NCBI GenBank assembly: GCA_030141605.1 | Contig: JAQGDQ010000330.1 | Coordinates: 200,979 to 264,978, forward strand | Direction of reading: 5' to 3' | DNA: 64,000 bases | Source of the DNA: Tubiluchus corallicola | Taxonomy: Eukaryota; Animalia; Priapulida | In this document: one piece after another, positions 1-12,547 of the stretch | How the letters are laid out: every line of letters starts with the position of its first letter | Numbering within the stretch: position 1 is the first letter of the stretch | Position numbers and translations under genes: made by a program | Notes under the pieces: generated by a model | Database searches by the model: none | Told to the model about the DNA's origin: nothing | The model's input: only the letters and a program-made list of their open reading frames with translations

Positions 1-489
1 CAAAGCTCTTTTTCATAGTTTTCCAAGTTTTAGTAATCATAGTAAAGTAAACCCAATATGCTAAGTGTAATCTTTTCCTTTAATTTTAACTTCAACTTCA
101 AGATACAAGTCACCTTTACACAGCTATAAACACAAAAAATATTTATGCGTTTTTCATTCAAAATAAATGCAAAACAATAAAATGTAATCAACGTGACTCG
201 AAATTTAGAAATATTTCAAATGAGTTTGACTTTAGTATAATAAGAAGCCAATTAACTAAACATTTAAAATGAGATGCTTAAATTCTTCCGATGACCGCGG
301 AGATTTAGAAAAAAGGGAACTGGAAAGACAGAGAGAAGGAACGCAGGAAAAATATGGAAAAGAATAAAAAAAGAGCAAAGAAACAGATTTTTAAATGCAC
401 GTTCGCGTATATGAATGTACATAGCAGGAAGTGAACCGAACGAGCGAACGAACAAAGGAATGAATGAATAAGTAAATAACGGAGTAAAT

Positions 490-965
490 GAGCGAACGAA
501 CGAACGAACGATTGACTAAATGAATGAATGAACGAACGAATGCATAAATGGATTGATGGATGGGTGGATTGATAAATAAAAGAATAAATGAAAAAATGAA
601 TGAAAGAACGAACGAACGAACAAACGAGCGCAGGTACGAAGGAACGAACGAACGAATGAACGATTGACTAAATGAATGAATGAACGAACGAATGCATAAA
701 TGGATTGATGGATGGGTGGATTGATAAATAAAAGAATAAACGAAAAAATGAATGAAAGAACGAGCGAACGAACAAACGAGCGCAGGTACGAAGGAACGAA
801 CGAACGAATGAACGATTGACTAAATGAATGAATGAACGAACGAATGCATAAATGGATTGATGGATGGGTGGATTGATAAATAAAAGAATAAATGAAGAAA
901 TGAATGAACGAACGAACGAACAAACGAGCGAAGGTACGAAGGAACCAACGAACGAACGAACAAAT
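490..965. repeat. 3 x 152-bp tandem repeat built from tetramer microsatellites
   Basis: attgactaaatgaatg recurs at 511, 663 and 815. Confidence 0.9.
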
Positions 966-1263
966 GAACGAATAGACAGTTTGAGAGGCCGACGAATAAA
1001 TGAACGAACGACCAAAAAGTGAGAAAAGCCAGATCTGATTACTCCTAGATCCTTGGAAATGATTTCTTAATGAAAGTTGACATTTAAATGAAAACAGTTG
1101 AATGATAGGAATGCAAGCACATTAGAGGAAAGCTAACAGCTCAGTAATGAAATATATCATGTATCAGTAAATTGTTTACAAACTGTATGTAAAGTCGTGC
1201 AACTGAAAATAAACTTTCCTTACCAGGAGAGTTATGACACACCACTCTTTCTTGCTTCCCCAG

Positions 1264-1270
<7 letters not shown>

Positions 1271-1353
<83 letters not shown>

Positions 1354-1740
1354 CCCTTCTCTCTCTCTCTCTCTCTTTCTCTCTTCCCCCTTCTCTCTCT
1401 CTCTCTCTTTCTCTCCTTCTTCCCCCTTCTCTCTCTCTCTCTCTCTTTCTCTTCCCCTTCTCTCTCTCTCTTTCACTCTCTCTATTCCTCGCTCTTTTCC
1501 TTTCTCCCCGTCCACTCTCTCTATCTCTTTCTTAATCTGCCTGCTCCTCTTTCTCTTTCTTTTAGTTCTAATTCCGTTTTCATTGAATCCTGATTTTCTC
1601 TCTCGTTCTGCTTCTTTTCTTGCTTCTCTCCTCTCTCTCTCTCCCTCTCTCTCTCTGTATCTCTCTCTCTCTCTGTATCTCTTTCTCTCCCCCTCTCTCC
1701 CTTTCTATCCTCTATCCTTCCTATCCCCTTCCTCATTCTC
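1271..1740. repeat. (CT)n microsatellite and degenerate pyrimidine tract
   Basis: Direct reading. Confidence 0.95.
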
Positions 1741-2663
1741 GAGCCTAATCTATCTCTTCCAAACCCTGACGTTAGATTTTTCACCTCTTGCGCTTTAAGA
1801 TTATTCTGACAGAAATAGTCACTGGGTTCCCCGACAAAATAAGACAAAGTTGTAAAAGCACTCAGCAGTCGTGCTCCTTGGAGCATCACACGAGCTTTGA
1901 GCATTAATTTATCTACAAGCACGTCGTTACTAACACAAAACCTCTAAGGACTAAAGTCAGTGACTTGTTAGACGAAAAGAGAGATGATTTATGGTCCAAT
2001 GAACAAAACACAGGCGCCAACTCTTACAGCAAAATAAGACAAATGTTCTCGCTCCAGAAATGCTCTTCATAGTAAGGCTATAATTTTCACTGTTTATTTT
2101 CTGCTGATCAAATTCATCATTTTTGCAGGAGAGCAATTTGCAAGAGGTAATATACCAGAAAGGCAATTTTTCCAACCACCGTGCAGCTATTTTGCATTTC
2201 ACTGAGTTGTGTTAACCGTTACGTTCAAACAAACGAATTTTCATGTCGGCAAGTTACTGCAAACTCCGATAGTTGCTGCGAGTCGAGTTACTGTCTAGTG
2301 TGAACGCCTAGGTGAGTTACTCTTCACTCTTCTCGCAGGGAAGAGAGAACGGATTGTTAGCTCGTGCTTACATTTAGAGAGTAACTCGCAGCAAGCTTTA
2401 CTTTCTAGTCTGAACACATTTGCGAGTTACTTGACGAATTAACTTGGCTAGTCTGAACTCGCCGTTATACTACAAATGTTAACATTCCAGGATGAAATAA
2501 AAATCTAATGTTGACAATCGTGACATTGAAGAAAACCGTTCATTTTGCAGAAATTTTCATATTTTGTGAGAAATTTTTTGGATTTTCTCACAAAAGCATT
2601 CATGTTGTTTAATAAAATCATAGAAATTTGCAGGGCGAGTCAAGACTTTACGACGCCCTAGCT

Positions 2664-3058
2664 CAGGGGTGTGCAAACTGCGGTCCGCGAAGAGGTTTGT
2701 CAACGTAATGAAAGTGCGGCCCTAGCGATCCAGCTGAAGTCTGCACCAATATCGCACAGATAGTGCGGGTAGTTTTTTCGTCTAGATAGGATGGCATTAA
2801 CCCTTACACAAGACCGTTGTCACTTAATGTTACTGTCGGACATGACGAAATATATAGTTTTTAATATGAATTTTAATAACTTCTAAAATAGTTTCTTGAG
2901 TGTAGTAGTGCAGTAGTAATGATGTGCGCAAATCGGATGCAAAAAAATCGTTATTAGGTCCTACTGGACTTGGCTCCTTGATCAAACTGCATGTGGCCCA
3001 CAGGAATTGCGGGAATGCTTAATGTGGCCCGGCTAATCAGATAATTTGCACACCCCTG
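2664..3058. mobile_element. hAT-type MITE (395 bp)
   Basis: Perfect 14-bp TIR CAGGGGTGTGCAAA/TTTGCACACCCCTG flanked by exact 8-bp TSD CCCTAGCT (2656-2663, 3059-3066). Confidence 0.92.
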
Positions 3059-3780
3059 CCCTAGCTGATACTTCTGTTCCGCCCATTTCTATTGTGAATT
3101 TATGTAATGAGAAGATTAAATAATTACTTGTGGTGTATTAGAAACTCTATTAAGCTAGTTTCTATGTTTTCATTATTAATTACATGCGTTTGCACATCGC
3201 TTAAATTCAAGCAGGCTGCGCAACTGCTTGTTGTGTAATACCCTGTACCTGTTTGTTATCTGGTATTTATATCAAAACCGCTCAGTAACTACCTGTGGTG
3301 TGTTATAAAATGCGCCCTTTACATGAATATGAAAGCATACACATTTTCCGAGGAGAATAAGATTTTTTCCAAAATGTCGCGCCCTTCAAACTTTGGCACC
3401 CTAGTTAGCGTATTGGTTAATACGCCCCTGGAAATTTGTATCTTTGTGGCTTCTGTTATAGAATTCATTTTATGATTGCTATAACTCGATTAATGTGTGC
3501 GTTCACAGTGGACTTATTTGGTAAAATTTATTATTTTCTTTCCTAAAGTTTCAAGATGGCATAAAAGGATACCAGTGAGATGTGCTTATATTAATGTACG
3601 AATTTTACGCTAATAAATAAATGTTCTGAATGTACTATAACTGTGTACATACGAATTTTGTGTTTTAACGATTGTAATTAGTTTATTAATACATTAAAAT
3701 GATGTTGAACTTTAACATAAATACCAGAATACTTTTGCCGTTAATTAGATAGTAGAAAACAAAGAAGTCATAGGTCTTAC

Positions 3781-3847
3781 CTTTATTTACAAATAGGCAA
3801 ACAAGAAGCAGCAGCAGAAAGTAAAAGTCAATAGCGGTAATCTTCAT
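3781..3847 (-). CDS. Probable first coding exon (signal peptide) of an unidentified secreted or membrane protein
   Basis: ATG...MKITAIDFYFLLLLLVCLFVNK followed by consensus donor AAAG|gtaaga (phase 1); downstream exons not securely found. Confidence 0.5.
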
Positions 3848-4224
3848 TTTTTACTTTTCCTAAATCATCACGACCTTGATCTGCAAAAATCACCTTGCTT
3901 GGAGCTTATACCAGAACAAACTTTCTTCCATGTGTTTTGCATGTACAAGCCTCAGCTTTGGGACATGTTGTAGGCCGCTTACGCTTGTCCCAACACGGCT
4001 TCAAATAAACTGGCTTCAGCAGCGGGGTCCGGCTTCGTAAGCCGAATCATTATCAGCGGGGGATGTAACTGGAGCCGGAAAAGGAAATCTAATTAGTGCC
4101 TCGTGCCACCAGAAAACCATCAATTTTAAGGGTGACCGGAAATGACCAAGAGAGAATTTCAAGGGTTCATGTGATACACACACGGCAACATTGATGATGA
4201 TGACGAAAACGATCACTAACTTCT

Positions 4225-4258
4225 ACAACAACAATGACTACAACTATAATGCAAAGTA

Positions 4259-4298
<40 letters not shown>

Positions 4299-4648
4299 CA
4301 GCAACAACAACAACAACAACAACTGCCGCTGCCAACGCCACCACTACCACAGCAGTAGCAGCAGCAGCAACACCAACACCACCAACACCACCAACAACAA
4401 CAGCAACCGCAACAGGACAACAACAGCAACAGGACAACAACAGCAACAGCAACAGCAGCAACAACAACAACCGCAAGCCACCACCACCGTCACTGCTACT
4501 GTGGCAGCAACAGCAACAACAACAACAGCAACACAACAGCTGTAGCAGCAGCAGCAGCAACGATCACCGCCACTGCCACTGTCACCGCCATCATCACCGC
4601 CACTGCAGCAGCAACAGAAACACCAACACCAACAGCAACAACACCATC

Positions 4649-4715
<67 letters not shown>

Positions 4716-4720
4716 CAACA
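4225..4720. repeat. Compound (CAG)/(CAA)/(CAC) microsatellite
   Basis: Direct reading. Confidence 0.95.
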
Positions 4721-5281
4721 GCTGTAGCGGCAATGACAGCATAAACGAAAATAACAAGAAATTTGGAAAAAATCAGAATGTTTAAGAGATTTCACATATC
4801 ACCCTAATTGCCTCTCCGACTAGCTGATTTTGCAAGCGGGAAATATTTATTTAAGAGAACCGCTTATCCACACACGAAAATCTTCAACAAAATGTTAGTC
4901 TGGCAACGCGCTACTCGTTTCAGGTTGTAGCTGCAACTTATGTTGCTTCTACGCCACTCTAAATGGTGTGGTAAAAATATAACTCCATTAGAAACAGTTT
5001 TCATGTGCTTTTGATTAGTTGTTACCCTGGGTGTCGATCAACAAGATGGGAAACCTTGTGAGGTGTTCATTTGAAACGTGTAAAAACTACTTAACTTCAA
5101 CCTGCTGATAGCCGAGAGAGAATTTCTTGAAAAATAAAAAAAAGATCTTGTTGAACGGCCTAATTTTTTATTCCAGATTCTAACGTTTGTTCGTATAAAC
5201 TTTAACGGTTACTGCAGACAGTATCTTTGAAACAAGAGTAATTAGAGCAAAACCGGACCCAATCTTAAACTGTAGGTCAAA

Positions 5282-5774
5282 AACCTAGCCACTGGAGGGG
5301 GGGCAAGCCAGCCCAACTCAGTGCCGGTCCCTAGCCCGGATAAATAGGGAGGGTTAGGGTCAGGAAGGGCATCCGCCTGTAAAAACTGCGCCAAAACCTT
5401 CTATGAACGAGTCAGTGAGACTTAAAGGTAAAGCCCACAAAGAAGTGGTCAGACCCGCTCTAATCTATGGGCTGGAAGCAGTTACTCTAAAGAAGACCGA
5501 AGAGAAGAAAATGGGTGTGGTGGAGATGAGGATGTGGAGATGGATGGTGGGAATAACAAGAAGAGATAAAATTAGAAATAATAATATCAGAGGAACAGTA
5601 AAAGTAGTGGAAGCCTCGCAAGATTGCGATGGTATGGACACCTGAAAAGAAGAGTCGGTGAAGATCTTGTGGGAATTGAAGACATAATTGAAGAGATGGT
5701 CAACAACAGGAATGCGTGGAGAAGACTCATTCACAACGGCGACCCCGCATAGGGAAAAGCTGGGAAGAAGAAGA
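5282..5774 (+). mobile_element. Non-autonomous RTE-clade LINE derivative
   Basis: VVRPALIYGLEAVTLKKTEEKKM...EMRMWRWMVGITRRDKIRN is an RTE ORF C-terminus; ends in a (GAA)n tail; 5' part carries the TCAGGAAGGGCATCCG..TGTAAAA motif. Confidence 0.8.
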
Positions 5775-6283
5775 CTATATTTTCAAAAATAACTTTCGTA
5801 AAAAAAATTATTACCACACAAACACAGTTTCTTCACTGTTACTGCATCTCGTCATTTGCTAGTTAGACGGGCGCGAGCGCCTGTATTTCCGAAATGCGTT
5901 GCACAAAAAAGGTGCTGCACCTCTCAGTTCAAGTGTTAGTTTGTGAACTACACACCTTCTTGCGTGAACTACAGCTCATGTATGAGCACAGAGGTAAATT
6001 TGAAATTTGAATTTTTGTCTTAAAGCTTGGCGAGTTTTAGTATCACTGTTTTGAATTTTCGCTTCTGCAAACGTGTGTAACACGTGGAATATTTTTCCTG
6101 TCGAAAATTATGTTAGTTTGTGATGTCATCGATAGTTTTGGGATGACCCGCCCTCAATAAAGTTTACAATCTATTATTTAATTATCAGAAACGCTTTCGC
6201 AGTATTAATTGTGTTAAAATGTATACTTTTCGCCGTACTTGCAAATGGGGTAGTATGTAAAAAATCATCTAGTCTTCCTTGAA
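5775..6283 (+). mobile_element. Interspersed repeat family A, second copy (3' part)
   Basis: Colinear with 20480-21023 (e.g. aaaattatgttagtttgtgatgtcatc, aattatcagaaacgc). Confidence 0.7.
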
Positions 6284-6555
6284 GAAAACCGTTTACACCT
6301 ATAGGCGTATAGTATATAGGCCTATAGGTGTAAACAGTTTTTATAATCTCTTGTTCTTAATCTGTAGGCCTCCAGACTATGGGCAGGAGATTAAATATAA
6401 CAAGGTGTCACAATGACACGCAATATTTCAGTTATTGAAGCCAGCGGGATAAGATTGACATCACGGTAGGTAAGCAAACCGGTAGAAAAATAACAACCAC
6501 TGAGTGTTAGGCACGGTTTTAAAGCATAAGAAAACCCTCCAGTTACATAAAGCTT

Positions 6556-7186
6556 AAAAAAATTCGTCTTGAATACCATTTACTTACTGCCTTTTGCCAT
6601 ACAGGGTTTGTTTCGACAGTAACGCTGTATAAAACTTGTAAATTTAAACTGTCGTGATAACCGTTAGGCGCAACCATTTTAATGGTAGGTCGTTTGAATT
6701 AAATTTTGATAACATTGCGTAAAGTTTAAAAAAGAATCAGAACATTCGTAGCGTACATGTAGCCTAATTAAGTAAAATTTTAAATTACTGTATCTTGTCA
6801 ATAAGATTAAAAATAGGTTTTTGGTTAGTGAGTGGCGCACCCTGGAGGGTGAGTCAGCGACATTTTACCAACTGGTACAAACATTTTAAATTATCATTCC
6901 TAGTTTCATGAGTCTTTCCAGCAGGTAAGCAAAATGTTAAGTAATATAGATTTACACGGAAAGTTTTTGGGATATAATTTAACATTTCCTTTTCTTCCCT
7001 TGATTTATGTTTGCGTAGTGACGTCATGTAATGGCACCATCGGTACAGTATCGCGGGAGATTTAAAATGAAAACAAACAAAAATTCATTTTAACGCAAAT
7101 ACGATCAAATTCCTGTGAAGCAGTGTAATTTTTTAAAGCGAATTTTCTGAAACCTACTTCAGGTGCCCCTTTTCTTGTCCTTGTAA
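6556..7186 (+). mobile_element. Interspersed repeat family B
   Basis: Colinear with 27813-28480 (ggttagtgagtgg.gcacc, gacgtcatgtaatggc, gaaaacaaacaaaaattc). Confidence 0.75.
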
Positions 7187-7297
7187 CTAACAGAAATGTT
7201 TTGCACAAGGAGATTGTTCATAGGCGGTGCAAGTTTTCTATTATAAATTTTCTACATTAAAAAGATAAAATATCTTAACATAAAAATAATAGCCAGC

Positions 7298-7598
7298 ATT
7301 TTAGCAAAGACATGGATTTTATTCAGACACAACATTTGCAGTATTTTGACACAATTAAGGTCATACTTGCGCAACATTCTAAATAAATAAAAATCCAAGT
7401 ATTTAGCAAAGACATGGATTTTATTCAGACACAACATTTGCAGTATTTTGACAAAATTAAGGTCATGCTTGCGCAACATTCCAACTAAATAGAAAATCCA
7501 GGTATTTAGCAAAGACATGGATTTTATTCAGACACAACATTTGCAGTATTTTGACACAATTAAGGTCATGTTTCTGCAACAATCCAACTAAATAAAAA
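7298..7598. repeat. 3 x ~103-bp tandem repeat
   Basis: ttagcaaagacatgg recurs at 7301, 7403 and 7506. Confidence 0.9.
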
Positions 7599-8715
7599 TA
7601 CAGTGTAAAAATAATGGGTACAAAAGTCAACATTGTGACAAGCAAATATTTTGTATTATTATTTTAATGCTGTATATATATCAACGTTTTCGTAAGAAAA
7701 TTATTAGTATGAAAAAAATTTTTAATTGCTATTAGATTTCCAACATGATCAACCATAATTACCTCTATAAAGTTGTTTCTCAATAATTGTTCAACCAGCC
7801 TATTAAGATATAACATATTACACGTTAAAGGAAAAACGAACGATTCAATAACACGAGTTCAGAATAAAGAATGCTCTAAAATATTGAAAACTGTAATAGC
7901 TTTTCTTAAATCAAAGCTTAGATTAGATAATAATTACCTCAGATACTCAAATTTGATTAAACTTTCAAAGCTGCACGCGGCTCAGTGAATCTACTAAGAT
8001 TGGCAACGGCGCCTTTTTGTCACATTTGCGTGGCCGACAAATAGAAGGTGGTACCGTTATAAACATGATCATGAACTGCAGTGTTAGTTTCTGACGTCAT
8101 ATGACGTAGAGCCCATTTTCGTGACATCACGCATTTAAGCAGTAACACTTGAGCAAACGTGCTTGACGCGCAAGGGAAGACGCCTGCCATTGCACAAACT
8201 GTGGTAATTTCTGACGTAAGCAATAGCTGTGTTCGGTTGCCGTTAATTAACTTTCTAAGCTGATTCAAATGTAAGAAACAATTGCTAACTTCTGTAGGCA
8301 AGAAAATGTATATTTTGGACAGTAAATTAAAATGATGTTGAGTCTAAACAATCACCCGGTTTTCCTTTAAGAAATAATTAGGTAAAGTTTAAATTTTTCA
8401 ACCGCTACTGCAGTCTTCGTCAATTAATCACAAGTGCATTTAAAAACTAACAATCTCAGTCTACTTAGGGTTAGATCAGGGTTAACAATGGATTTCAGAT
8501 GTTTTTACATAAAGCTCCAAAAGATGGCGCAGCTATACAGCGCCTCACAGCCTTCTTCTAAGGTTAATATTACACAAAAAAATATACGAACAAAATACCT
8601 TAATCCTTGGAAACTACCTCACGGATATTACATGCACTTATGCAAAAACGCCAAAACTTTACGACATTTCCTTAGATTATTCAAAATATATAAAAATTTC
8701 AAATCAGCAAGTCAA

Positions 8716-9660
8716 AAAAATCATTGTAGATAGGTAATTATCGTTTAAATTAAGCAGTTTGAAGATTTACAAAAACACAGTTTCAAGACAAGTATAATCT
8801 GATCTATTTTCACGTGTTCTTTTCTCTTACACAAATAGTTTTAAACCTGAAGTCATGGTCTTAAGATGTTAGCGATAAATCTTTTTATTTGTAAATAAAT
8901 ATAATATACATGAATACGTAAATATATACAAGGCCTCTGCTCGAAGGCCAAAAAATCAGTGCTGAAAAAGTCGTATGACACTACTGTTTAAATTTACAGT
9001 GGCTACTCTATATGTCCACCATTTTCTATGCACCTGCTGAAAGAAGTTTCTCCCAGCAGCTGAGATGGCTTCTCACTTCTTACGGAGGTATTGGGGCCCA
9101 ACAGTCGACACGTTTTGTCTCTGTATCAAATGGCATGCGGATCAAACATCAAACGGCTCTGTGCAGATGTGGCGCACTTTTGTCTTGAAGGGAATCTCTT
9201 ATATTGAAATAAATCTTCCGAATCACGGCATCTGGAATTCCCTTAAAGATAAAAGTGAATCAGCCGTTTGATGCAGAGGCAAAACAGTCTTTAAATAAGT
9301 GAAAAACTGTGTCAGCTGTTAGAAGAAACGTCTTCCCTTTGGTTACATTGAAAATGGCGGACACATAGAGTAGTTACTGTAAATTTAAACAATAGCGACA
9401 TGCGATTTTTTCAGCACTGATTTTTTGACCACCGAGCAGAGGCCTTGTATATATTTACGTATTCATGTATATTATATTTATTTACAAATAAGAAGATTTA
9501 TCGTTAACATCTTAAGACCATGACTTCAGGTTTAGAACTATTTGTGTAAGAGAAAAGAACACGTGAAAATAGATCAGATTATACTTGTCTTGAAACTGTG
9601 TTTTTGTAAATCTGCAAACTGCTTAATTTAAACGATAATTACCTATCTACAATGATTTTT
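8716..9660. repeat. Long inverted repeat / foldback element
   Basis: 8716-~9035 is the reverse complement of ~9341-9660; the outer ~230 bp are near-identical and similarity decays inwards. Confidence 0.92.
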
Positions 9661-10372
9661 ACTCCTTTTAGTTAATAGTGAAGTCATTCATTGGTGGAGA
9701 GTACCACTCTTGCCTTCACACTTGAAATTATACTAGAGTACGTAAACTATGTGCAGATAGAACTGTATCCATGGTGATTGTTGCAGGTACAAATGTTTTG
9801 GTCCATAACCACCTCCCAAGGAAGTATATGCATTGGAAGCCACAACAGACTGTAGTTCAACAAGCTAGACTACTTTTTCTACCTTGACATTGTATAGGTG
9901 GAAGTTATTATGTACACACGTCTCTGTTACATTTAAAATTTGACTTATAATTATACTGCTACCTTTTACTGACATTCTGGCTTTTTCTCGACTCAATATT
10001 GGACCAACAATGTATGTATACATTTTTAGCTTTTTAGTGTAACGTAGTAATCTGTAGCACTTATTTTTCTAGCACTTATTTCAGTGGTTTTGTAGAGGCA
10101 GTAATTGTAGACTACAGAAAATTTGTACTTTTTGCAGAATAAACTAACATAGATATGGGAACGCAACTTTGGTTTGAGCGTATACATTACACTGGCATTG
10201 AGTGCTTTTATTGTAGTTTTATTGTTTTATATGTATGTAGAGTATGTAATGTATGTATAGAGCATGTTTTATATGTGTGTAAAATTTAAAAATTTTAAAA
10301 CCTGGAGAATTTTTTACACTGGTGACTGTGAATTCAAAACCCTCTATCATTCTATGTGCTTACATAGTTTGG

Positions 10373-10464
10373 TTAGAATTTCTGAATTCGAATAAGATGG
10401 TTGTCATCGACGATACAGCTGAGATCTCGAGAACCTCCTATGTTCCAAACAAACGTCTCCACGC
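10373..10464 (-). CDS. Secreted VWA-domain protein, coding exon 5 (terminal)
   Basis: Acceptor tattatag|GC; phase 1 joins exon 4 to read GVETFVWNIGGSRDLSCIVDDNHLIRIQKF*, the expected final VWA strand/helix; minus-strand AATAAA near 10207-10212. Not in the ORF track. Confidence 0.85.
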
Positions 10465-11335
10465 CTATAATACATGCAGAAATCATTAAACATGATAGCG
10501 TATCGTCGCTTAGTGTAGGTAGTTATGTGAATGTGGTACTATGTGTTCGGTGTTAAAATAAAAATAGCTAAATAGGGAAGGATATACAGTGTAGATAGCA
10601 GAGCACAAGTGAATTAAAAATGAGATGCTATACAACAAGTAATTGCCATAGAAAACACAATGAGTTGTTTGAAAACTATTAAAACATTTACCAGTAATAC
10701 CTTATCAACATTACATAAAGCCAGATTATCATTTTAGTACTAAATCATTCAGAATGTAACGTAATCCATATCTTTCATGCTAACTAGTACTTTAAACAAC
10801 ATGATTATTAATCTATTTTAATGGTAAATAAAGATAGTTTTTTTATATATATATATTTAATAATACACACACACGCACGCACGCACACACGCACACGCAC
10901 ACACCACACCACACCACACCACACCACACCACAGCACGCACGCACGCATGCACACACACACTCACACACACACACACACCACAGCACAGCACAGCACAGC
11001 ACGCACGCACGCACACGTACGCGCGCACACACACACACAAATAAAAAAATAAGTGCTAAAAAATTAATTAGTAGGTCAATAAATGATTGAATAAATAAAT
11101 GACTAAATAAATAAATAAATGTAAATAAAGAAATAAATTTAGAACGTTCTAATAATATACATTCTTGTTGCCGTGCCAGTCTTAGCTTATCCCTAAGTAA
11201 AACCCCGGAGACAATTTTCGGTTGAATTTCACGTAAAACTATGAGCCCTACAATACCAATACTAACGCAGAATCGCAACCCTTAATTACACAATTGAAAG
11301 CGCTTTGATAAGCAGGTCCTTGATAGGTCTATGGG

Positions 11336-11910
11336 CAGGCTGCATAAGATTCTGGATATCCATAAAATAAGGCCAAAAATCCATAAAATAAAATTTGAAA
11401 AATCCATAAAATAAGAAATGCATAAAATAAAAAAATATTTTTTTTGTGATTTTTTGTACAAAGTAACGAGTTGTAAGCATTGGCAACACTGAAAACGAAC
11501 GTTAGAAGGAGAGAAAGAGAAAGAAAAGAAACCAACAAAAGCGCATTTCCGGATTTGCTTTTTTACATTGTTTTTTTTCTCATTGTCTTTTTGTTATCAA
11601 GATAGCGAAGTTTCAACCAAAGCATGAGTTCGGTCTGAAAATAACTGAGAGAGACCCAGCCACCAGAGACGTACTCTCTGTAGACTAATAAAATTAAAAC
11701 GAAACCAATAAAATTAAAACTAAGTCCTGCGTGTTTAAAAACACGTTTCAAGCACTCCTGTTTTTACTTTTTAATTGATTTCCCCCTGGGCATCTCGTTC
11801 CAGATATAGTCTATTCCTTATTTTATTGATATCCATAAATAAAATTTCAAAAATCCATAAAATAAGCTATTTTGTTTATTTTATACATATCCATAATCTT
11901 ATGCACCCTG
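11336..11910. mobile_element. hAT-like MITE in VWA intron 4
   Basis: 24-bp TIR CAGG(C/G)TGCATAAGATT(C/A)TGGATAT with 2 mismatches; subterminal ATCCATAAAATAA repeats; no TSD visible. Confidence 0.7.
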
Positions 11911-12104
11911 GGGCATTATACTTCGGGACATTACTAATTTTTGAATAGAATTAGTCAGAGCCTACAATCAATTGTTTTAAAATGTCTCACTAGGGAAGAA
12001 CAGCTTAGACGGGTGAGTTACAATAGTGGGACAAAGTGGTAATCTGCATGTGAGGAAAGACATCCTATTCTTCAAATAGTTAATATTGTTAATAAGTTTC
12101 TTAC

Positions 12105-12269
12105 CCATAGATTTCAGCTTGCGGGCGTAATGGCACGGAACGTCATCTTCGTCATCCATGTCACCATGCAACACGACGACCACGTATTTTTTCGACTCCG
12201 ACCGTCCATATTCGTGCATGATTTCGTAGGCTTTTTTCAGTGGCGGTGCCAAGTATGTGCTGTCACCAT
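12105..12269 (-). CDS. Secreted VWA-domain protein, coding exon 4
   Basis: Acceptor tttattccag|AT, donor ATGG|gtaaga; DGDSTYLAPPLKKAYEIMHEYGRSESKKYVVVVLHGDMDDEDDVPCHYARKLKSMG fits the VWA T..AL..A / R....K.VVV region. Confidence 0.9.
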
Positions 12270-12547
12270 CTGGAATAAACGTGAATTATTTGCTTAAAAT
12301 TTATAAATTTGATGATCCACAAACGACGCCATTGTTCGGAAAGTTTGCAACATTATACTTTAGTTTTGGGCTTTCCGGACTAGGTGTCTAAGGGATTTGC
12401 GACTAACTGCCTACTTGAGGCGTATGAACAAGAAACACTTTGTCCTATAGTTGTCTATATGAAGCGCTTCATGTATCAGGGGTCGGTTTCACAAAGCCGT
12501 CACTAAGGTAACGAAGTCATTGTTACATTCACTCAACTATTAACTTG

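Noticed and set aside
10808-11278. ORF as the last VWA exon (FCVSIGIVG)
   Set aside because: Poor acceptor and runs into microsatellite; 10373-10464 fits phase, motif and polyA signal much better.
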